Of a stretch of 64,000 nt of DNA, positions 55,708 to 64,000 are shown one piece after another. The notes under the pieces were generated by a model. The model was not told the origin of the DNA. It did no database searches and saw only the letters and a program-made list of their open reading frames with translations. The stretch is taken from NCBI RefSeq assembly GCF_009914755.1, contig NC_060928.1. The stretch is one strand, 5' to 3'. The stretch comes from the human T2T-CHM13v2.0 reference genome, Homo sapiens. Both the position numbers and the translations under genes were made by a program. How positions within the stretch are numbered: the stretch's first letter is position 1; the number at the start of each line of letters is the position of its first letter.

Positions 55708-56003
55708 GGCTGGGCACGGTGGCTCACGCCTGTCATCCCAGCAGTTTGGGAGGCTGAGGCAGGTGGATCATATGAGGCCAAAAGTTCGAGACCAGCCTGG
55801 CCAATATGGTGAAACACCATCTCTACGAAAAATACAAAAAATTAGCTGGGCATGGTAGTGGGTGCCTGTAATCCCAGCTACTGAGAGGCTGAGGCAGGAG
55901 AATCGCTTGAACTCGAGGCAGAGGTTGTAGTGAGTAAAGATTGCACCATTGTACTCCAGCCTGGGCAACAAGAGCAAAACTCAATCTCAAAAACAAAAAG
56001 AAA
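55708..56003 (+). mobile_element. AluS
   Basis: Perfect 17-bp TSD AAAAAGTGACTCTAGGA. Confidence 0.94.
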
Positions 56004-57029
56004 AAAGTGACTCTAGGAGCCAAAACAGGACAGCTTCACTTTCCTACTGGAACTTATGCCCTTCAGTTCTGGAGATTTTTTATTATTATTATTATTTTCT
56101 TCTTTGTTTTCTCTGCTCTTTGGAATTTGTGTGAACTGATTGTCTTTTTAAATAATCTTTTCTCTCCTATTTTTGCTCTATTTGCCTTTTCATTATATTT
56201 TCTGAAAGATTTCCTCACCTTTTATCTTCTAACCCTTTAATTTTCATTTGTTCTAGCATATTTTAATTTTCTAGCTTTTCCTTGTTCCTTGATTACCATT
56301 ACTATTTTCCTCTTCCTTCTTGTAGATCTTGTTCTTGTTTCATGGATACAATATCTTGTCTCATATTCCTAAAAATACGGGGGATTGGTTTGTGTGTGTG
56401 CTGTGTTTAGTTTTTATTTTCATTCATCGCCAGGTTCCTCCAAGTTGTTTTGCTTTTCATGTAAGAAATTTACTTCAGATATCTAGTGATATTTGCTCAT
56501 TTTTAAGAGGCAAGTACAACGAATCTGACTGGGATATTCTTTGCATGCAAAGAGGCTTGTTGTCTTTGGGCCTCACTGTAGCATAATCTGGCTGGACCAT
56601 TATTGTTGGGAAAGTCCTTTATCAGTTAGCTATTGCTGTGTAACAAACAGCTCCAAGCCTTAGTGGGTCCAAACAAGAACTGCTTATTATTTCTTAAGTC
56701 TATAGGTAGGTTGGGTGGCTTGTGACCTGGCCCACACATGTCTAATTTCAGCTGGGCTCATTCATGTGTTGGCTATCAGGTGCTGGCTAGCTGGGGCCTG
56801 GGTGTTCTAGGATGGCCTTGCCTAGGACATCTTGGCTTTGTTCTATTTGGCCTTGTGGATTTATGTACTTTAAAAAAATCCTCATACCCTCATTTTAGTG
56901 AGATTTTACACAAGGTAGAGGTAAATACGTATGCCTAATCTGCCATTACAATTAATTAGAAGTCTTGCAATTACTTTTTTCTTTTTTTCCTTATTACAAC
57001 AAGCAGGGAGGAACTGGCTGGTTGAAGAA

Positions 57030-58150
<1,121 letters not shown>

Positions 58151-58907
58151 GGGGTAATCCCATCGGGCTGGTTGTGGCTCATCATTTAAACCCAAGTCTC
58201 TGCCTCTAGCCATGATATGACTGTCAAGCTCACCCTCCCAAGTCGCAGTATTTCTATGTCAGCCTGCATCTTGCTTTCATGTGCCTCAGGCTCTTCTGGG
58301 TCATTAAGACTTACCAGCACCAACTGTGTGCAGACACTGCAGCCTTCATTATGCCATCATTGTGCTGCTGCTGACACTATTTTCGGACTGTGTCTCCTGT
58401 GACAGTCACAGTGCCAGGCACTTTGTGAACACCGTCTTGACGCCTTGCTTCAATACTATGATCACCATTTCACAGCTGAGTAAACTGAGGCTGAGTGGAA
58501 AACTGACTTGCCCGACGTCACACGACTGGTGAGAGGTTCTGCGGGATCCCTAGGCATCCGAACAACCTGAGTGTCCTTTTTAATACCACATTGCCATTAG
58601 TGATGACAATGGAGTCTCACTCCAGCGGAGTATCTCAGTATTGCTGCATTGATCACAGTGCCTAATATTTTCTGTCCAGCTTTTAGAGGAAATGTCTCAT
58701 GCTTTGCATTCTCAGGCCTGCTGGAACTCTGCAGGGGTTTGTCACAAGGCTAAGCAGTCATGGGTCTTTGGGTTTTGAGGCTGAGCTAAAGAGAACCTTT
58801 GACTCTCCCTTTCCTTCCACTTCCTTTCCCAGCTATAGTCACAAGATTCTCATTGTCCATTCCCCTCCCACCCCCCAAAAAAGCTGAATAAAAACAGTAG
58901 GCCTCAG

Positions 58908-59200
58908 GGCCGGGTGCAGTGGCTCATGCCTGTAATCCCAGCACTTTGGGAGGCCAAATTGAGTGGATCACCTGAGGTCAGGAGTTCAAGACCAGCCTGG
59001 CCAACATGCTGAAACCCCATCTCTACTAAAAATACAAAAATTAGCTGGGTGTGGTGGCAGGTGTCTGTAGTTCTAGCTACTTGGGAGGATGAGCCACAAG
59101 AATCACTTGAACCTGGGAGGCGGAGGTTGCAGTGAGCCCAGCTCACGTCACTGCACTCTAGCCTGGGGGACACAGCAAGACTCTGTCTCCAAACAAACAA
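58908..59200 (+). mobile_element. AluS
   Basis: Full dimer. Confidence 0.93.
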
Positions 59201-60250
59201 ACACACACAGTAGCCCTCAGGCTTGCTTTTGAAATCCCACCACCTGTGAGGCTGTGGTGCCAGGGCTGCTGCGGACCCCAACTGCTCAGATGTGAGGCCT
59301 GGCCTCTCTCCTACTTCCTGTGAGATTTTGGGTATATCGCGAAGCCTCTGCTGCTTCAACCGTGAATGCGGAAGACCAATGGATGGAATCTCATGGGTTT
59401 TTGGAGAATTACATGACATAGTGGATGTAAAAGCTTTACATAACAGATGAAGGCTCCTGGCATTCACAGAGAAAGCGCTTGGCAGTGTCAACAGCCACTG
59501 CTCCCACTTTGGGCAAGAGAATGGGCTGAGAACCCTGGCTCTAGACTGCCAGGGGTCGAGTCTCCTCTATCACACAATGCCTGGGACCTAGAGCAAGTTA
59601 CTTGATTTTTCCATGCCTCAGTTTCCCCGTATGTACACTAAGGATTATAATGCTACCTGCTGCAGAAGTTTGTTGTGAATATTGAATGAGTTAAGAGATG
59701 TGACGTGCTTGTGACAGTGCTGGCATTTGCAAGACACCCCTGCGTTCGCTGTTGCTTCTATGGCAATGACATGGTTATTCTGTGCACAGGGCTTTCCTGT
59801 AGGTAGCACTCCTCTGAGTGCTGTACAGAATTAGTGGCCCTTACCTTCCCTCTCTCCAAAACTGAGCAGCTAAGATCAGATCAAGATAGGAAAGCTGTGA
59901 TAGAGATGAAATGAAGGCACATGGCTAAGTCTTTTTTTATTACTTCTGTGAGGGCATAAGTACATTTAGCCAGGAGCTGTGTGATATTTATACACCTCCA
60001 AGCTAGAACTGGGTCTTCTTCCTTTCATAATTAACATTTAATTTTTTCCTAATTTTCAAAGTGATAAATATTTGTGGTAGAAAATGTGAAAAATACAGAA
60101 AAGCAAAGAACAAAATCACTCACAATCCCATTAGTTTGAGAGAACACATTTGGCTGTGTATCCGTCCAGTTTTTGTCATGTACTTATAAATATTTTAGCA
60201 ACATTGAGATTATATAATACATATTATTTTGTAAGTTGCTCTTCTACTTA

Positions 60251-60700
<450 letters not shown>

Positions 60701-60799
60701 TCAAGGTTTCTCCATCTGAAGTTATTATTATAATGTTTTTACTGTTAAACTTCTTTTTCAAATAAAAGTCATTCTATTTTAGCTTCGGGAGGAAGCTGT

Positions 60800-61650
<851 letters not shown>

Positions 61651-62139
61651 ACTTAAGTTATTTATGGCCTCCTTTACAGGAAACAGTTCATAGGCCCCCA
61701 AGAATCTTCCATCAATGAACATTTGGAACATCCTCAGGCCCCAGTTTGAGAAACAGTGCATTGGATAGGTTGCTAGATGGACACCAAATGAATAAATATG
61801 GGCAGCAGGCACCTGCTTTGGCAGAGACTTCTTTGGGTCTGTGAAAGTCTTCCTTTATGTTGGATGAGGCTCATAACAGTGATTGATATCTGCAGGTGCA
61901 GGCATGGTCTGGACCAACAACAGCCAGCCACATGCTGTTCCTGCTATTTGCCATCTGCACTGTGTTTTGACTCCTATTTCAACTCCTATTTGCAGTACCA
62001 TAGCTGTTTCCAGCTACCAATGACTCTAGTCATCAGCCAGGCTACTCAGCCAACCTGAAAATATGCCAGATTGTCCATACATTTCCAATCCACCATGATT
62101 TTAAAAATACTCATCCTATATTTCTATTAAAATCATAGA

Positions 62140-62930
62140 GTTTTAAAATCTTTTTATCAAAGGATTACATACATTAAGAAAAGGAAGCAAATTGTCACAA
62201 TATAGTTTGATAAATGATCATAAAGTGAAAACACCCAGGTGATCAACCCTCAGGTCAAGAAACAGAATATTATCAGGATCCCGGAAGCCCACTTTATGCC
62301 CCCCACTCAAAAGATAACTGCTATGCTGACCATATCTTACTTTCATCTGGCTTTGAACTTCCTATAAGTACACTTATCCGCACTGTACATGTATTTTTGT
62401 GTTTGTGTGTTTACTTTCTTTCTCAACATTATTTTTGTAAGATCCATCTGTGTTGTGTGTAACAACAATCTGTTTATTCTAATTCCCTTATCATATTCCA
62501 TTGTCTGAATATGCCACAATTTACTTATCTATTCTGTTGATGGGTATTGGGTTGTTTTCATTATTAGGTTATTAGGAATAAACTGCTATGACATTCTTGT
62601 ACCTTTATTTTGGTTCATATGTGTAAGTATTTCTGTTGAGTATATACCTAGGAGTGGGTCATAAGGTGTATGACAACAGTTTTTTTCAAAGTGATTGCGC
62701 CATTTACACTCCCACCAGCAATGTCTGAGTGTTTCAGTTGCACCGTCTATTTGCCAAGACTTGGTATTACCTGTCTGTTTCATGTTAGCCATTCTCTTTG
62801 GTGTGCAGTGGGTTGACATTGTGGTTTTACTTGCATTTGTGTATGACTTATGAAGTTGAGCATGTTTTCATATGTTTCTTGGCCATTTGTAAATCCTTTT
62901 TTGTGAAGAGCCTATTTAAGGGTCTTGCCT
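62140..62930 (-). mobile_element. Old L1M 3' fragment
   Basis: CCATTTACACTCCCACCAGCAATG; ORF 62586-62819 resembles the L1 ORF2 C-terminus (HCWWECKW...PYDP). Confidence 0.8.
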
Positions 62931-63469
62931 GGGGAAGTAGGAAGAGGATGAAGGCTAGAGATAGGCAAAGGTAAACCAGGGAGAACTTTGGGATTCACCA
63001 TTTTACTGAAAACTTTTGGTACCTGCAAGTAATGATTCTGGAGTCACTGTATGTTATTCTGGGATGTCCATAGCTGAAAAATCCCTTTGTATGACAAGAT
63101 GCCTGCAGGGAGGCTCTCTATTGCTCAGGTATGCTGGAACAAGTAAGGAATATGTTAGGGAGTGTGTCCCAGCCTGGCTCACAGAAAGGCTATTGCTTTT
63201 CCTAGGCCATTTGAGTTTCTAACTCCCACCAACAGTTTTAGTAGACCTTAACCTTGCAATCAAGTTGTAGATTATAGTACTATTGAACCTACATGAATCA
63301 GCCCCTCAGGGCCAAGGTCACATATTTGATTAGAGGCAAGTCTCATTTAAGTACATTTTCTCCCCGTGTGATGTTTATGAAAATGATGAAATTCATAGCA
63401 TTTTTCTACTTCTCTGTATTTCAAATCAACCATATAATTTCCCCCTTTTGAAGGCTGCTGCAATGTAAA

Positions 63470-63640
63470 TGGAAAAGCTCATGATTTGGGCTCAGACTAT
63501 ACCAGTTTAACTCCCAGTGCTAAATTTAACTAGTTTTGTGATTTTGAGCAAGTCACTTTACCTTTTTGAGACTTAATCTGCTTGCCTATAAAATGGGTAC
63601 ATCTACCTTACAAGGATAGGATTCAGATAATTGATGCAAA
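63470..63640 (+). mobile_element. MIR
   Basis: TTGAGCAAGTCACTTTACCT...TATAAAATGGG core. Confidence 0.65.
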
Positions 63641-64000
63641 AGCAAACTGTAAACCTTAGGTTACTGGACAAATCAATATTATTATTTATGTTAGTTTGGG
63701 ACCTATAGAAGGAGATCTTGGAAAATTGTAGGGCTGGGAGCCAGAGGCCATGGAAGATAGGGAAGGAGGTGAAAGTGGGAAAAATTACACCCTGGAAACC
63801 CAGTGACCAAGTCTCAACTCCTGGCTGGCTTGCATCAAAAGCTGGAGCCTGAGCGTCTGTTACAAGTGAAGGAGCCAATGCAGAAATTCCTCTGACCACT
63901 AGAGGGAGCCATACCTTAGGCTGGGCATCAGATGGGCCTCTATTATCTTTAGCAAAGATCCCCATGGTGCCTGCCACTTTGATTTCACATCTGTAGGTCT

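Noticed and set aside
58904-59491. 195-aa ORF and the many other ORFs containing [18 protein letters not shown] motifs
   Set aside because: These are translations of Alu sequence.

Overview
This is human genomic DNA containing the complete ANAPC4 gene (APC/C subunit 4) on the + strand. A CpG-island promoter (~640-1460) and a non-coding exon 1 are followed by 28 coding exons (ATG 1233 to TAA 42181). Spliced by hand at GT-AG junctions, these give an uninterrupted 808-aa ORF, and an AATAAA signal follows at 42272. The remaining ~21 kb is repeat-rich intergenic DNA. Transposon fossils include about 30 Alus, a near-full-length Tigger1, Charlie1, Tigger4, MER3, THE1/MLT/MER21 LTRs, L1, L2 and MIR. 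Nearly all ORF-track entries are spurious or repeat-derived. I found no evidence of a new multi-gene system. The best leads are small: a Gln465 allele, a tandem GTAGTA donor, a strong upstream acceptor that creates an immediate stop, a tiny TSD-flanked Y4-RNA-like retro-insert inside Tigger1, a hairpin-unit minisatellite, inverted Alus bracketing in-frame exon blocks, and a frame-preserving Alu cryptic exon. Repeat boundaries and subfamily calls were made by eye and are approximate.
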